Origin: Octopus sinensis
Taxonomy: Eukaryota
DNA length: 64,000 bases
Assembly (NCBI RefSeq): GCF_006345805.1
Contig: NC_043003.1
Location: 76,446,001 to 76,510,000 of the forward strand
Reading direction: 5' to 3'
This document shows positions 40,641-55,738 of this stretch, piece after piece. Below the pieces are notes generated by a model. The model was not told the origin of the DNA. It made no database searches and worked only from the letters and a program-made list of their open reading frames with translations. Every line of letters begins with the position of its first letter. The stretch's first letter is position 1. Made by a program: the position numbers and the translations under genes.

Positions 40641-43600
40641 CTGCTAACTGTACTTTAATGAACTTGTTCAAATATATATATATGCGTGTGTATATGTAGC
40701 TATATATATTCAAACACATACACATATTCCTAAACGCATGCACACACACACACGCGCGAGCACACTCACATACACACATACACTCGTGCACTCACAAACG
40801 CACACACATACGCAGCCACACATTGCAGCTTTAATGAGATCGCTATATATTCTCTCTGTTTTTATGGAAATATGTTGTTGAAACGGCGAATATATTGTGT
40901 ATATGTCAGTTTATGTATACATATATTCATACAATTATATATATATATAATATATATATATGCATATTCATATTTATATCCATAGACACACACGTGTGTA
41001 TCTCTGAGTGTTTGCGTGTCTATGTGCATCATTATTTGCGTATTCTAAATGTACAAACACTATTTCAAAACATAAATACCTCAAATTTTATATAAATAAC
41101 GTTGAACACGAATCGTGGGTTTCTTTGTTCTTTCTGAACAAAGTGGTGTTTGTATATTTACCAAGTCATATTGCCATTGTTGTGTTTATTGATGCGCTCT
41201 TGGGGGTTAGCTCCTACTAAATACGAGCAATTTGAAATAGCTATGGAGTTTTACCAAATTTTCCTAACTCATAACTTAATTTTTGGCTAATATATTTGAA
41301 CTAGTTTTCATCAAAATTGCTTTTATTCTCAGGGTTGAAAGTACGAATGCTTTGTTTTTGTTTGTTTAATTTTTGCTTTTTTTAAAGGCCCTCATCATTA
41401 ATTCTTTTATGTTCAGGTGGTATATATATATTCATTTTGGTACTTTATGCTTTGACCGATTTTAGTGCCATTTAGAATGCACATTGTAAGTGTTGCAAAA
41501 CATTAGTTTTTATCGACCTCTCTCATAGCTCCACTTTTCGAAATTCTTTTCTAAATACATTTTCATGAATCATACATGCAGGTGTACGTATGTGTGCGTG
41601 CGTGTGTGTGTGATTATCTGTGTAAGTGTGGCTGTGTGTGTGAGCGTAGCAGTGTGTGTGGTTGTGTAAGTTTGTGTATATCTGTGTGCTTGTGTGTCTG
41701 TCTTCCTCTCAACATATATGATATCGAGAGTCGAGGAGACAAGGCCGTCGATAAAAAGCGTTTTGCTATTTAGTTACGTCTATTCCTTCACGCTAAAGCC
41801 AATATTATCGTAACTAGTGGGACCCGTGAACATTCCACAGAGCGAAAAAGATTAAGAGAAGATATTGAAGAAAGAAATGATTGGCATTTTCAATTTTATT
41901 TTGCTAAATTATTTCACAGCCATCCACAATAATATATTATATGGTTTTCAGAATTTCCCTCTGCTGACATTCCTTCTTCTTCACTCTCCTCGTCTCTGAC
42001 AAACTATAGCGGAAAATTTGAACGGATACGGTAGAAGAATTTTGAGTTCAAGAAAAAAATATTTTTCACTATCACACATAGTACCACCACTACCACACCA
42101 CTATCATCATCACCATGGTGTTCAGTAAAAAATGCTCATTTGATTTCATTTTAGTCTGGCTGTTTGTTTATATATGCTGGGTTTTTTTTGTGAATGTATC
42201 TCTACTCTGAAAATACAAACACTATCTCTCTGTCTCTCTGTATCTGCCTCTGTAACTCTCTCTTAATGTAACTGCCACCCCATGTCGATCTCTTTCTCTA
42301 TTTGCACTTCTTTATCTTTCCCACCACCACAGCATCACCCTCTGCTAAATATTGTATCCTAAACATATCATATTATCTACCTTTTCCTACAACACATCGT
42401 TAACACTTCTCTCTTCCTCTCTCTCACCGTCTTTTTCTATCGGTCTTCGCCTCTTCAACTAGCCACGTGATGTACTTGGTCTCAGTGTGTCTTTCCTCTC
42501 TACTCACACTCCACCCCTCTCACTCTCTCTTCGACTCAACCTCCACCCCTCTTACTAACTAAAGTAGAATGGGCGAATGAACAAGCAGATTATTGTATAG
42601 TTGATTCACTTATGAGATAGACGAAAGAACATCTAGGGAAAGTAATGGGGTCGATATATTCCAATAGATTTCAGATCCATTGATGTTGGTGCCTCGGGGC
42701 GGCTGCAGTCCAATGACAGCAACCGGTTAAAGAATGCATGTATGCATGTAAACATGTGTGAACACAGAGATTAATATATAAAATTCGTTAAAAGAACACT
42801 CATTACACCAACGAGATTTGAACTCAAAATGTAAAGCATGCAGTTTGACATTTGTGTATAATAACTGCAGAGCTCTCTACTACTGATACACGGCAAGGAA
42901 TATTCAGACAAATAAAGACTACTAAACAAATATATATTCTTCTGACTTTAAATTGATTCGTACGTATCAACGACAGATTTTATGCGATAATATAAATAGA
43001 TTTTGTCACGATCTGAAATTGGGAAACAATTTTCAAAGTTTATCTTTGACGTACGATGAAAACGTTGTGTGACAAGACAGGTTTGTCAATGAGAATTCAC
43101 TCGATAGGTATTAAGTTGATTTGTTTCGCTTTATCATGAATGTCACAATGTAATGGAATTCAAACCAATGGTGGAAAAAATGAATAGAGGAGTGAAAATT
43201 TGGATAATGGATAAATAGATAATAAATATAGTATTTTAGTGTTTTATAACAGTTTGACATGAAAGTAGTAGAACAACTATCAACAAAATGGAGATAATAA
43301 AAATATGGAATGGTTAGATACAGTCTATAGGTTCCGACTTGATTGGAAGTAAGTACACGTCAGCTAGGCAGATAGAAACTTTAAATGTCTTCATTATGAG
43401 TGATACAAAATGTAGATATTAAAGATATATACACATTACTTTGGCTGATAACTGAATAAATGTAATCAGTATATGTGGAGTAAATGGGCGGGAAAATCTG
43501 TCGTTGATAGGTGAAGATGCTGTAAAATTTGTATGGAATTGCTGTGTAGATATATCTTGTGCATGATGATCTAATGAACACAAAATTATGCTAACCAAAT

Positions 43601-43964
43601 AGCAACGTATGAGAACTGAATATATATAAGTTCTCCGATCGCAGCTGAACAAGTACAAGGTTTATTTATCGTTGTTACTCTAATCAGAGAGACCTTTTAT
43701 AGGAAACATTCTTGTCGTCATCGTCTTGTATGTTTTGTACAGTGACCTATATTATCTAATAAATTAATAAAACTTATCTTTTTAAAATACGATAGTAATT
43801 TGATGAAGATATGACTCTTATTTTTAGCCGACCAAGTGTCTTCTGAGATTTTCTCTTGTAGATCTGAATATTTTTTATATTTTTTTGCATTTGTAGACAG
43901 AAGATTTAGTTTCTAAATATATAAAGTCAGTGTATCATTACTAAACATGCAAAACACAAAACAT

Positions 43965-44110
43965 AGGCGCAGGAGTGTCTGCGTGGGGAGAAGCTTGCTT
44001 CCCAACCACACGGTTCCAGTTTCAGTCCCACAGTATGGAAAGTTGGGCAAGTGTCATCTACTGTAGCCCTATGAGTGGATTTGGTAAGGGGACACTGAAA
44101 GAAGTATGTC

Positions 44111-44147
<37 letters not shown>

Positions 44148-44330
44148 GTATATATATATCTTTGTGAGTGTGTGTATTTATGTATGTATTTATGTGTCTA
44201 TGATTGTCCCAGCACCATGGCTTGGCGACTGATGTTGGTGTGTTTATGTCGTAACTTAGACGTTCGGCAAAGGAGACCGACAGAAAAAGTACTAGTCTTA
44301 CAAAGAATAAGTTCTGGGGTCTGTTGACTG
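43965..44330 (+). mobile_element. SINE family B, near full length
   Basis: AGGCGCAGGAGTGTCTGCGTGG head, internal (TA)n/(TG)n, CTTACAAAGAATAAGTTCTGGGGTC. Confidence 0.85.
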
Positions 44331-45877
44331 TAACAAGTAAAAAAAACAATTGATCTTCATAGAATAGCCATAAACTCGATGAATTGTCTAAACAGGAAGT
44401 CTGTGGATAGCGATTAGATTGTCAGTTTTGATATATCAACAGCATAGATGCGGACTTCATACGATAAAATGTGTAAGAATCATACTTAGGTTCAAGCTAC
44501 GAAAATATTTTCAGTAGACCGAATCTGGTGTACAGGGAATTTGTCAGACAATCTCTGTCGGTTCCTAAGTTTTACGAAGGCATTTGGCTGTAATTTTCTC
44601 TACAAGATAAAACCAAGTCTCGGCCCATAAAATAACCCAGCTTCAGCTTTATCTAGATGTTAGAAAGAGTAGTAGTCAATAATAGTTGATAGGAGTGACG
44701 TTTTCCTAGTTCTCAGTCTTCAACTTTCTTAATATCATATACAGATGTAGGCTATATCTAACAAATCATTCCTTTACGTGTAATTTTATTGTAGATTCCT
44801 TCCCTGAATTGTAAGATCCTTTTTTAAAGAATATCAAATGATAAATATTACCTATGAGAGTGCCGATGTTTGAATAGTTACGGTCTTAAACGTGAGTAGT
44901 CCATGCTTCTTAAGGAAACCCAGCAAAATAGATATTTCAGAAAACAAATAACCAAGTATTGTGTTTTCTGTCGTTTCTTTTCACTAAACAAGTGATACAT
45001 AACTGCGTAAGTAATAATTTTTTATTACTGTAGATGCGCGGTTATTGGAATAAAAGTAAAAAGAGAATTGAAACAAATAAAGTATCTTGATCTTAAAGTA
45101 TATATTAAACGGAGACCAATTCATTGAGCTACTTGCTAAAACTATGGTAGATAGTCCTGTGGAGTAAATAAATGGAATCGATACTGATGTCAGTGCTCTG
45201 TTTGACACAACGATGAAACTCTTGCATGGATTTCAAATCACATGCTATAAAACAGTATTGGTGGTTTATCTTCTAACCTTGTTCAATCTATTGAAATATA
45301 AATATAAAAAAATAGCAAGAATAGTTTCTACGAATGACACAAAAGAGTTAGGTCGATTGTAACGATGCAATCGACTCTAATACAACAGTGTTACTTCCTC
45401 CATTACCTAGGGACATGAATTGAGCTGGCAAAGTTATGAAAACGACAAAAGAAATATCTTGTTGTAGTTATCCAAATATCTTGGGTTCTAAGTTCATATT
45501 CTACTAAAGTTAATATTGGCTTTCTTCTTCCTGGATCCAACAGTTATAAAGCACCAGTCTAGAATGGTAGAGTGGAGGAATCGTTAAAGCCTTTCAGGAG
45601 ATATCGTGTAATATTTGTTCTTGTTGGTTTCTTTCTATGTTCAAATGCTACGATTCTCTTGTTGCGAAGTAGACTGGATCCATTGTCCATTTTAATGCAC
45701 ACATCAGGTAACTTGGTACCTATAGCGCAACGGCCAACTCTATTGCAAGCATTCATACTTGGGCTTCAGTTTTGAGGGTACCTTCTACCCTACCTGATAG
45801 AAAAAGGAAAAGATGAATATAATATCGTATCGCTTAATTCATAGAATTATAAAATGACCTGATTAAACCATTATCTT

Positions 45878-45910
<33 letters not shown>

Positions 45911-48518
45911 AAACACACACACACATGTCTCAGCAGCTCCAACGCCTAAAATATTATGATCAAGAACAACAGCTGGAGTAATGGATTGATTACTTTTTAG
46001 AAGGAATGTGAATGATATATAGAGAGAGACAGACAAAAAGAGACATAGACAAATAAATACCATCAGGCATTCTGATGTTTTCCATGCATTCATATAACCA
46101 AATGTTTTTATTATTGTCAAAGGGCCACATAGGGTCGAGATAATCAATTCCCCCACTCTAATCCTTCACTCAGGTTTGATTTGCTGATTTCTGAAAGACG
46201 AAACACAAAATCAACCTTAAAAATCCAGAAATTTTGGTGTTTTGTTTTTTCCTATTTCACAAATAATTGTTTTATCGAAACCAGAAGGATGACTTTCAAA
46301 GACACATTGGTGGGACTTGAGATATGTATTCACAATATAAAGCTTCGTAACTTAAAGTCACATGGCATTCTGCTAATGTGTGCTGTCCTGGTGTTTTGAA
46401 GGAAATTCTTTTGCTATTTCTGAAATATCAAAACGTAGGGGGCTCCCTGGTTTATGCCACGTGTGCGTATATATTAGAGCAAGAAATAAGAATAAACAGT
46501 CGGAGTTCTGCTGGATATTGATTAGTGATTATAACCAGTTCATTACACACAAATAACAAATGAACGACTGAATATGTACCTCTTGAATATGAGATGCACT
46601 TCTCTTGCTTAAATGATTTTAATACTTATCTGGGAAGGAAACGATTTTTCAATGAAGCATAAATGTGTTCATCAGAAATTCGTTAACTAATAGATGACTG
46701 GATCATGTTTTCGCTGATGTATATGGCCACGGTCGTATTTGAACTAATTAGTTGAAAGTTTCGAAATGTTTATGAGCATTATCATTACTACTATTTCTGC
46801 TTCAGCCTCATTGCCCCTGTTTAAATGATTACCTGGAGACAAAAAAAAAATCCAAAAAAAAAAACAAAGTTATCGATCGACTGGGTACCAATGAAATAAC
46901 CCAAAACATTTCGCCACTTGAACATAATAATGATGAGGACATAATATCAACCAACCTAAAATGCCTGCTGCAGCTGCTACTACCACCATTACTGATGCTG
47001 CTGCTACTACTACTACTACTACTACTACTACTGCAGATCATTAGTGCAGCTAATGTATGGCAATTACATATGGAGTATAATCTGTCTTTTTATAACTAAC
47101 ACGCCATTTATCTTGCAAATTTAGAATTGAGCTGAAGTGCATTTCACCTCGCAAAGTAGCACAGTATCAACTTTGACGTCATACAGAGTGACCACATTCC
47201 AAGATGTCATGATTTTTACTACTTAATGGAAGCAAATTAACTGAAAGCAACTAACTCAATTCGCTATCATTCATGTAGTTGCCAATATTTGAATGCATAA
47301 AATTAATGCTTAGTTATTACAGAAAGCTGTAACCTGCTATCGTCTCAAACTTATCTAACAGTCCACTGCATCTTAGCAAATTTTGATTTAAAACACAATG
47401 CATATGAAAAGAACTGGTGGTAGTCTAACCTTAGACGGTAAGCTGGCAACATACTGACTGTGAAGGTGTACATTGCAAATAAACTAGTATTAATATTCTG
47501 ATCCCTTCGAAATCTGAAACTGGAATATTTTATATAACATGATATAATTTTTGAAAAATGTAATGTGGGTGTCAATCGATAGATTCTCCGATATTTCAAT
47601 TTGTTATCAGAACCAGTACATCTTGTTTCAGATCCACTTCCATTTTTAAAAGATCTCTTTCATTTTTTCCTCCCTTTTTTCGTTCTGTTTTCTTGCGATT
47701 TGTTTTATACTTCGTATTTAGATTTTAAGTTTTTTGCAAATTTTTCTCCATAATCAATAAGACATAATGAGTTTTTGTTTTTTTAATAAAGGCATTTAAT
47801 TTTTTTTTTAAAGCCGGTAACATAATTTGGTAATCATTACGGGTGAAGAATTTGAGACCAATGTACAGTATCTTGGAATCAGATCAGTGGAAAATTGGAA
47901 TCAATACTGAAATTCTATTTGATGATAAAATGAAGAAAATATAATGTTTGTATCAAATCAATATTTTCGTCTGAAATTATATTAATTTCTGAAAATTAAA
48001 ACAGCCATGAATTCCACCAAATATCCTGACTGTACGATGTGACTCTTTCAGACTATATATATTACTTTCATAACGTTTGAATACACATTTAAAGCTACAC
48101 ACACACGCGCACAACCCACGTTTATGAATTAATGTGCGAGATTTATGTATTATAACATATAAAACCCTTTAAGACATTAACTAAATTGAGAAAGGAAAAC
48201 GGAAGGTGAGAGAGAAACAGATAGACAGAGAGGTGCGCAGTGGTGTAAGTATGTGTACAAGAATTATCTTTTAGGCAAAATTTTAAAAACATTGTCAACC
48301 TTTCCTTCAAACACGCGCGCGTGCATATATATATATGTATATATCAAAAAAGCAACAAGGTTATCCACGGTAGAGTAGTACAATTGTTTCATGCTGCTTC
48401 ATTTTATTAAACACTGTAAGTTTTACATCCGTTTTAAAATGTCGAGCAATCTTCAGCCACATATAGAATTTTCCAATTAAACGGACTATACACATTCTTA
48501 TCCCTATTCATCTGAATA

Positions 48519-48882
<364 letters not shown>

Positions 48883-48924
48883 GAAATGTGTGTGTGTGTA
48901 TGTGTGATACTATGAAGGAACGTC

Positions 48925-49215
48925 GCTTACTGGTTATTGCATTTGGCTCCCGATTGTAAGGTCGTGAGTTCTATACGCAGCGGTGTTTTTTGTTCTTGCA
49001 CGTCGCTCCGGTGCACACAGTTGGCAAAATCAGTTGCACCTGCATTTTAAAGGGCCATCCTTGTCGCATTCAGTGTCACGCTGAATCTGCCAGAGAACTA
49101 AGTTAACGTTGTGTGAGTCTGTTGAGAGCTGAGACACTTCGACGTTAATTTTACGAACAAGCTGTTCGTTGATCGGAACAACTGTAGCACTCGTCAGTGT
49201 GTGTAATCGAATCTG
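48925..49215 (+). mobile_element. tRNA-derived SINE family D, diverged
   Basis: GTAAGGTCGTGAGTTCTA (B-box-like) followed by AAAGGGCCATCCTTGTCGCATTCAGTGTCACGCTGAATCT body. Confidence 0.55.
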
Positions 49216-49495
49216 AGCATAACAGATTTGATTAGAACGAAACATAATTGATTCTAATATTTCGTTTAATATTACAGAATTAAATTCTGGTCTTGTGCCA
49301 AAATTTGAAACCGACATTACAGAATTAAATTAGCAGCACCCTATAACTCAAGCACTGAATAAATAGAAGAAAGATGTCTTTCGTTATTATTTTTAACTGG
49401 AGAATCTCTTGTAAAGAGATTAACCCATTGGCAAAATTAAAAATTTTGACGAAACTTTCTAGTCAGTGTTCATGTAAATAATAATTCATCTAGAG

Positions 49496-49834
49496 CAGCG
49501 ATTCTTAACCGGGCTCCAGATGATCCTTGAGGGTCCATATAATATTTTGGTAGGCCTCATAATAAAATAATAAATTAGGGGTCCACAATAGTATTTTAAG
49601 AGCCCGTGAAAAAATTTCGCTTTAGATGTATGTATTGGTAGATATTGCAAGAAACAGCTAGGTTTCTTTTCCAAACATTTTACATTGTTCATCCTACACG
49701 AATTAATGTGTGGAAAACAAATAGGAATTTTGAAAGAGGTTTCTATAAATTGAGCTGTTGAACATCGAATAGTTATGGGGGTCCGCCAGAAGAAAATAGC
49801 AATCAAACGGGTCAAAAATTGTTGAGAACCACAG
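49496..49834. mobile_element. hAT (Charlie-type) MITE
   Basis: Imperfect TIRs CAGCGATTCTTAAC / GTTGAGAACCACAG; left flank ATCTAGAG fits the NTCTAGAN target; right target copy not preserved. Confidence 0.65.
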
Positions 49835-51149
49835 GTCAATCTTTTTTCGAATGAGGGCCGCATGAAATATATCTCATCACGAGGTGGACCGCACTACCAA
49901 AATAGAATCAAGTTAATTTTTCGTTGATTATCGCGGTTTGCACTTGACTACTCATAAGAATCATTAGAAGCTATATTTCAATTTAGATAATTGAACATAA
50001 TCCATTTCTACTTTCCTTTATCCAATTGTTCACCTCACCAGAGCTAACCATCCATAAAACTGGCGCTTAACACTTTTTCCAAGTGTCATTTTGGCCAATG
50101 AGACCCTACCCATTCAATATATATATATGTCCTATTGAAGCATATTTTTTTCTTGCGAGGGTTTTGGAATAGAAGTTGTTTTCTACCCTCTTTTTCAATT
50201 GAACAGAGGGTTTCAAACGATGACAAACCGCCTATTTGAGAGAGCTTTAGAAGTATGGCAGTGAACCTCAGCAGGAACCATGTACAGATACATTGTCTGT
50301 AACGTAAGCACTGAGGTGATGTTTCTCAAAACACTTTTGATCTACAAGGTCGTTTTCATTGAAAATATCATGTAGTGTATTAATAATCTATTTACATAAC
50401 ATTGTTCATTTTCAAAAATAATGTAACAAATAGCTTTCGGAAACATGGAAATATATAATTTACTCAGCTACCTGAATTGTCGATTTCATGTTGTACATGC
50501 TTGACACGTTTTTGCAACGAAACAGAAAAACACAAATTTATACTTATATATAGAAAGATACACATATATACATGAACACATCCACGCACACACACATGTA
50601 TATATATATAAACATATAGGCATATGTATCGTGTGTGTATGTGTGCGTGCGTACATGTGTGTGTGTTGGTGTGTATTTGTGTGTGTGTGTGTGTTGTGTG
50701 TGTGTGTGTGTGTGTGTGCGTGCGTGTGAGTGTGTGTATTCTGCTGAAAGCACTTACAGAATTAGTCATTCTGTTTTCTGAGAATCAGTTCGGATGAAGT
50801 GCAATTGTGGATTTCTGCATTTTATATGTTTGATAAGATAGGTAGCTTTACGTTGCTGGTTATTCAGATTTGTCTAGTGAACTGTTGGTATATCAAAAGA
50901 TTTGATATTCAGGGTATATGTAGTAGTGAATTTGAAGGAAGCATAGTATTTGAGATGCATTTAGAATAGGGAATAGAAGGAAGAAATAAAGAAACAAACA
51001 TACAAACAAACAAACAAACAAAGTGATTTGAAAATCACTGCGTCAGAGAAAATCTAGATATTCTCTCGGCAGATGTTACCAAACCGAACTAACATTCTCA
51101 ACGTTTATTATCTGCTGATAGAAGATCATAAAAATCTACAAAACGTATA

Positions 51150-52130
51150 AATCTATGAGTTTGGGGAAAATAACCATGCATGGTAAATAAAGTATACAAT
51201 GGAGGGATTGACGACAGGAGTAAGAAAGATAAAGTTCCAAGGAATGGTAACGCAAAGGAAAAGGATAATATATACAAGACAGACAAAATGACATGTTGAT
51301 TAGATGAAAAGAGAGAAAATGTATGGTGAATTCTTGCGGAAAATGCCTGAAACAGTAGTCAAAGCTAAGCACTGGGAATAGATTAGGAAAAGCAACTTGA
51401 AAGTTGAAACTGAAGCCCTTATCTTCGCAGGCGAATAACAGGCACTGAGAACGAACTATATCATGTTCAATATTGACAGGTCAGTGACTTCTTCCTTTTG
51501 TAGGTTGAGTGGGGAGAAAAGTCAAAGAATAAACCACATCATTAGGGAATCTAAGATGCTTGAACAGAAGGAGTACACGTGAAGGTGCAGAAAGATTCCG
51601 CGATTGGCTCACTGGAAGATCTGTCATGTGTATGACATGAGCAGAGATCAGAAATGGTATGGGCACCAACCGGAAACTGTTGCTGCACAGGAACCATACA
51701 AGATCTTGTGGGACATGACCATCCAGTGTGACCATTTTATTGTAGTTAGAAAACCTGATATTGTTGTCGTAGAAAAGAAAAAAATTCAAAGCAATTATTG
51801 TGGATATTACTTCGCCGTGAGACAACAGGGTGAATCAGAAGGAAAGTGATAAAGTCGAATAATACCAGGATTTGAATTGAAAAATCAGGAAATTATGGAA
51901 AGATTTAAGTGGTATCGAGTGGTATCAAGTGGTATCGATTCTGGTAAGCACACTGGGAGCAGTTAGTAAAAGGCTGTATGCATGGCTTGCGAAGCTAGGA
52001 AGTACCATCACGACTGAAATGTTGAAGAAAACAGCTTTGGTGGATGTTAGAAAGTTGAAGGAGAAGGAATGACCCAAAGGACATTTAGCCATTGAGTATG
52101 GTTCGCTCGTTTGATATACTACTGGTATAA
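51150..52130 (+). mobile_element. R4/Dong-type LINE 3' fragment 1, decayed
   Basis: LKVETEALIFA..QALRTNY, ILWDMTIQCDH..RKPDIVVV (REL endonuclease); contains stops. Confidence 0.8.
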
Positions 52131-52149
52131 CATCTCCCAGATCAAAAAC

Positions 52150-52900
52150 GTCACCGATAAAAGTAATAATAGAATATTGCCGTAGAGCTAGAGCTATCTT
52201 AAAGACCGAACTTATTGCCGTAAAGAGGACTGGTGCAATCAATATCTTATTTATTCCTGTTGTGACCAACAGTTGGACCTTATAAAATTGTCCATCAGTA
52301 AGACCAATACAACTGACACCAAAACTGTATTGACACCCAATCCAGGATATAGAGTATTTTCGCAGAAACAATTGATCATATTATTTCTGGCAGCCCAAGA
52401 CTTGCTAACACAGACTATATCCAATGCCACAAGGTAGCAGCATATATCCACTAGATAGCATGCAAAGAATATAACATCAAGAGTATTGAGAAATGGTATG
52501 ATCATCAGCCGGAAACACTCATGAGAAATGAGAGCACTTTATATACTATGATGTATACGTATTTATAAAGACCAGGAAATAAGAGCAAACTGTCAGGACA
52601 ATCTTATCAAAGCTGGAAAGGAAGACAAATGCCTAATAATAGATGTCGCAATACCATCAGAGGGAAATACGTCTACAAAAGTCATGGAAAAATTATCAAA
52701 ATGCAAAGTCTTACAGATAGACAACAGCCGGTTGCTGGTAATGAACGCTGAGGTATTTATTATTTCTCGTTATCGGTGCTGTAGGATTCGTCAAAAAACA
52801 CCGAGACAAATTCACCGACACACTGACATATAACATGAACATCCATCAGCTCCATAACATCAACATCCATCTATCGAGGGGTTCTTGAGATATCTTGTCC
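52150..52900 (+). mobile_element. R4/Dong-type LINE fragment 2, decayed
   Basis: ETIDHIISGSPRLA..KWYDHQPET..CLIIDVAIP..KLSKCK. Confidence 0.75.
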
Positions 52901-52962
52901 AAGGACAAACAAACAGACAGGCAAACACGACTGAATAATAATTCCGCCTCTGCTAAGGCAGA

Positions 52963-52964
<2 letters not shown>

Positions 52965-52993
<29 letters not shown>

Positions 52994-52994
52994 A

Positions 52995-53044
<50 letters not shown>

Positions 53045-53160
53045 ATGGTGGTGGTGGTGTGGTGGTGGTGGTGGTGGTGGTGGTGGCGGCGGCGGCGATG
53101 GTGGTGGTGGTGGTGGTGGTGGTGGTGGTGATGATGATGATGATGATGATAATGATGATT
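52965..53160. repeat. (TAG)n-(TGG)n-(TGA)n compound microsatellite
   Basis: Direct reading. Confidence 0.95.
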
Positions 53161-53194
53161 AAGGCATACAGTGATGAAGGAAAGGATCAGGAGA

Positions 53195-54565
53195 GATCAA
53201 TGCTTTAGCCATACCAGTCATGACTTAGAGTTTCAATATCGTTAACTGGTCAATTACTGAAATATGTAATCTTGACAGAAAAATACGAACACTGTTGACT
53301 ATGCATAGAATGCACCACCCTAAGGCAGATATAGATCGACTTTATCTACCAAGAAAATAGGGAGGCCGTGGGTTTTTACAATTGACAATAACAATGAAGG
53401 TTGCTACAGTTGGCCTAGACACCTACCTGAAAAACTCTGAGGACTGGATGGTAAAACTTGTCTCAAGACATGAAAACAAGAAAGCATCATACTCAGTAAC
53501 AAAACAGGCAAAGGAATATCTAAGTGAATTCCGAATACAACAAATTCCAGAATTAGACGCACAAGAAACAAGCACAGAAAAAGCTAAGCGTATGAAAACC
53601 CGCACTAAAACTGCTGCCTTAGATATTCTGAATTATAAATGCAAGAAAAACCTCTCAATGGCAAATACCCAAAGAGAGCAAATAATGCCGATGTTGACAA
53701 AGTTCTGACCCATCAATGGCTAATGGCCTCTGGCTTAAAATCTGAAACAGAAGGGTTTTTCATAGCAGCTCAAGATCAATACCTACCTACAAGGAGCTAC
53801 CCGGCCAACATATTAAAGAACGACAGTAGCCCAACATGTCGTGTATGTCAACAACAAAATGAAACCATTGATCATGTTGTCTCCAAGTGCAGTCTTCTTG
53901 CGCCCACAGAGTATCTCAACAGGCATGATAGAGCTGCACAATATATTCACTGGGTAATTTGCAGAAGCCTGGACTTGCCCCATGATAAAAACTGGTGGGA
54001 ACACAAACCACCTCCAGTGCTTGAAAATGACCTCATCTCAATCCTCTGAAACTTCACCATTCAAAATGACAGAAAGATAGAATCGAATAGGCCAGACATC
54101 ATATTGAAGGACTTCAGACAAAAATCATGCCTCCTCATTGATATGACAGTCCCAATCGATATTAAACGTATCTGTCAAGACCTACCAAAAACTGAGCAAA
54201 TATAAAGATCTTTGAATAGAAATTAACAAAATGGGGAACCTGAAGACTAAAGCAATACCTGTTGTTATAGGCGCCCTGGGAATGATAGCAAAAGGGGCTG
54301 CTTGCTACCTAACTCAGATACCAGGAAACCCCAAAATGCCAGAAATTCACAAAATAGTGCTCATGGGAACTGCTCATATCCTACGCAAAATACTTTCTAT
54401 GAAGTCTCAAGTTTTAAATCAATTTTCTTATGGCTTCTTAAACATTCTCTAGAACAACGCTATCTACAAAACCAAATATATGGCACCCTAGGCATAACAC
54501 CAGCATGAACTTCCAACTTGTTGTCTCTTGAGATCTCTGGGTGAGACTTGGATTCGACGTGTACA

Positions 54566-54566
<1 letters not shown>
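53195..54566 (+). mobile_element. R4/Dong-type LINE 3' fragment 3 (RT end, CCHC, REL endonuclease)
   Basis: HHPKADIDRLYLPRK*GGRG; CRVCQQQNETIDHVVSKC; NRPDIILKD..LIDMTVP; IPVVIGALG; ends in (TAA)n. Confidence 0.9.
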
Positions 54567-54645
<79 letters not shown>

Positions 54646-54669
54646 TAATAATAATAATAATAATAATAA

Positions 54670-54700
<31 letters not shown>

Positions 54701-54773
54701 AAGAAGAAGAAGAAGAAGAAGAAGAAGAAGAAGAAGAAGAAGAAGAAGAAGAAGAAGAAGAAGAAGAAGAAGA
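54567..54773. repeat. (TAA)n then (AAG)n microsatellite
   Basis: Direct reading. Confidence 0.97.
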
Positions 54774-54774
54774 A

Positions 54775-55705
54775 AACACAACAAAAGCTATAAAGCAAAT
54801 GAAATCAAAATTAAAACTAGTATAGCAACGGCCCATGATAAAGCGATGGCAAGAAAAGCCCCTTCATGGCAAGTACTGGACTAAACTAAATGCAAAAGAA
54901 ATAGACAAAGAAAAATTCCCAGCAATGGTTGAGAATCTCAAGACTCAAAGCAGAGACAGAGGGATATTTAATTGCAGCACAAGACCAAAGCCTCTCCACC
55001 AGAAATTACCAAAAACATGTAATGAAAAGAAATATAACAAGTAACTGCAGAACATGTGGAGATGGACAGGAAACAATAAATCATATTATCCCTGGCTGCC
55101 CAGTCCTGGCTAAGAAGGAATATATTCACAGGCACGACAGAGTTGGAACCTACATACATTGGAAGCTATGCCAACATTATGGAATAACAACAGAAAAAGA
55201 TGGTATAGGCACACACCAGAAAAGGTTACAGAAAACGAGAAAGCAACCATACTCTGGGATATGCCGATACACACAGATAGAGAAATTAAGGCCAACAGAC
55301 CAGATATAGTTGTCAGAGATCATGAAGAAAAAAAATGCTTTCTAATTGATGTATCAATACCAGCAGATGACAACGTGTCACTAAAAGAAATTGAGAAACT
55401 TTCAAAATACAAAGACCTGGAAATGGAGGTAACTAGAATGTGGAATCTCAAAACAGAAACAATTCCTATCATAGTAGGTGCATTAGGCATGATAAAAAAT
55501 ATTCAGACAAATACATGACAAAAACCCCAGGACTTACAAATACATATAACATACGGAAAATTACACTACTAGGCACTGCACACATCCTACGCAGAACACT
55601 TTCATTACAGTAATCATCAGAGCATCACAACAAATCACAGCACATACCCAAGGCTGCGCTCGGTAGTGAAGTGAGAGCACGTTATAAAAATAAAACTACG
55701 GAATG
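54775..55705 (+). mobile_element. R4/Dong-type LINE 3' fragment 4
   Basis: KPLHGKY; CRTCGDGQETINHIIPGC; RPDIVVRD..LIDVSIP..KLSKYKDL; IPIIVGALG; few frameshifts; (TAA)n tail. Confidence 0.92.

Positions 55706-55736
<31 letters not shown>

Positions 55737-55738
<2 letters not shown>

Noticed and set aside
44440-44700. Possible CR1-like RT relic (KLRKY, VP..)
   Set aside because: Motif similarity too faint to support as a feature.
45559-45775. Overlapping 65-67 aa ORFs on both strands
   Set aside because: No known motif; length is within chance expectation.
54438-54884. Long ORFs with poly-S/Y/L/I/R/N/K runs
   Set aside because: Translations of the (TAA)n(AAG)n microsatellite; the same applies to the YIYI, CVCV and THTH ORFs throughout the track.
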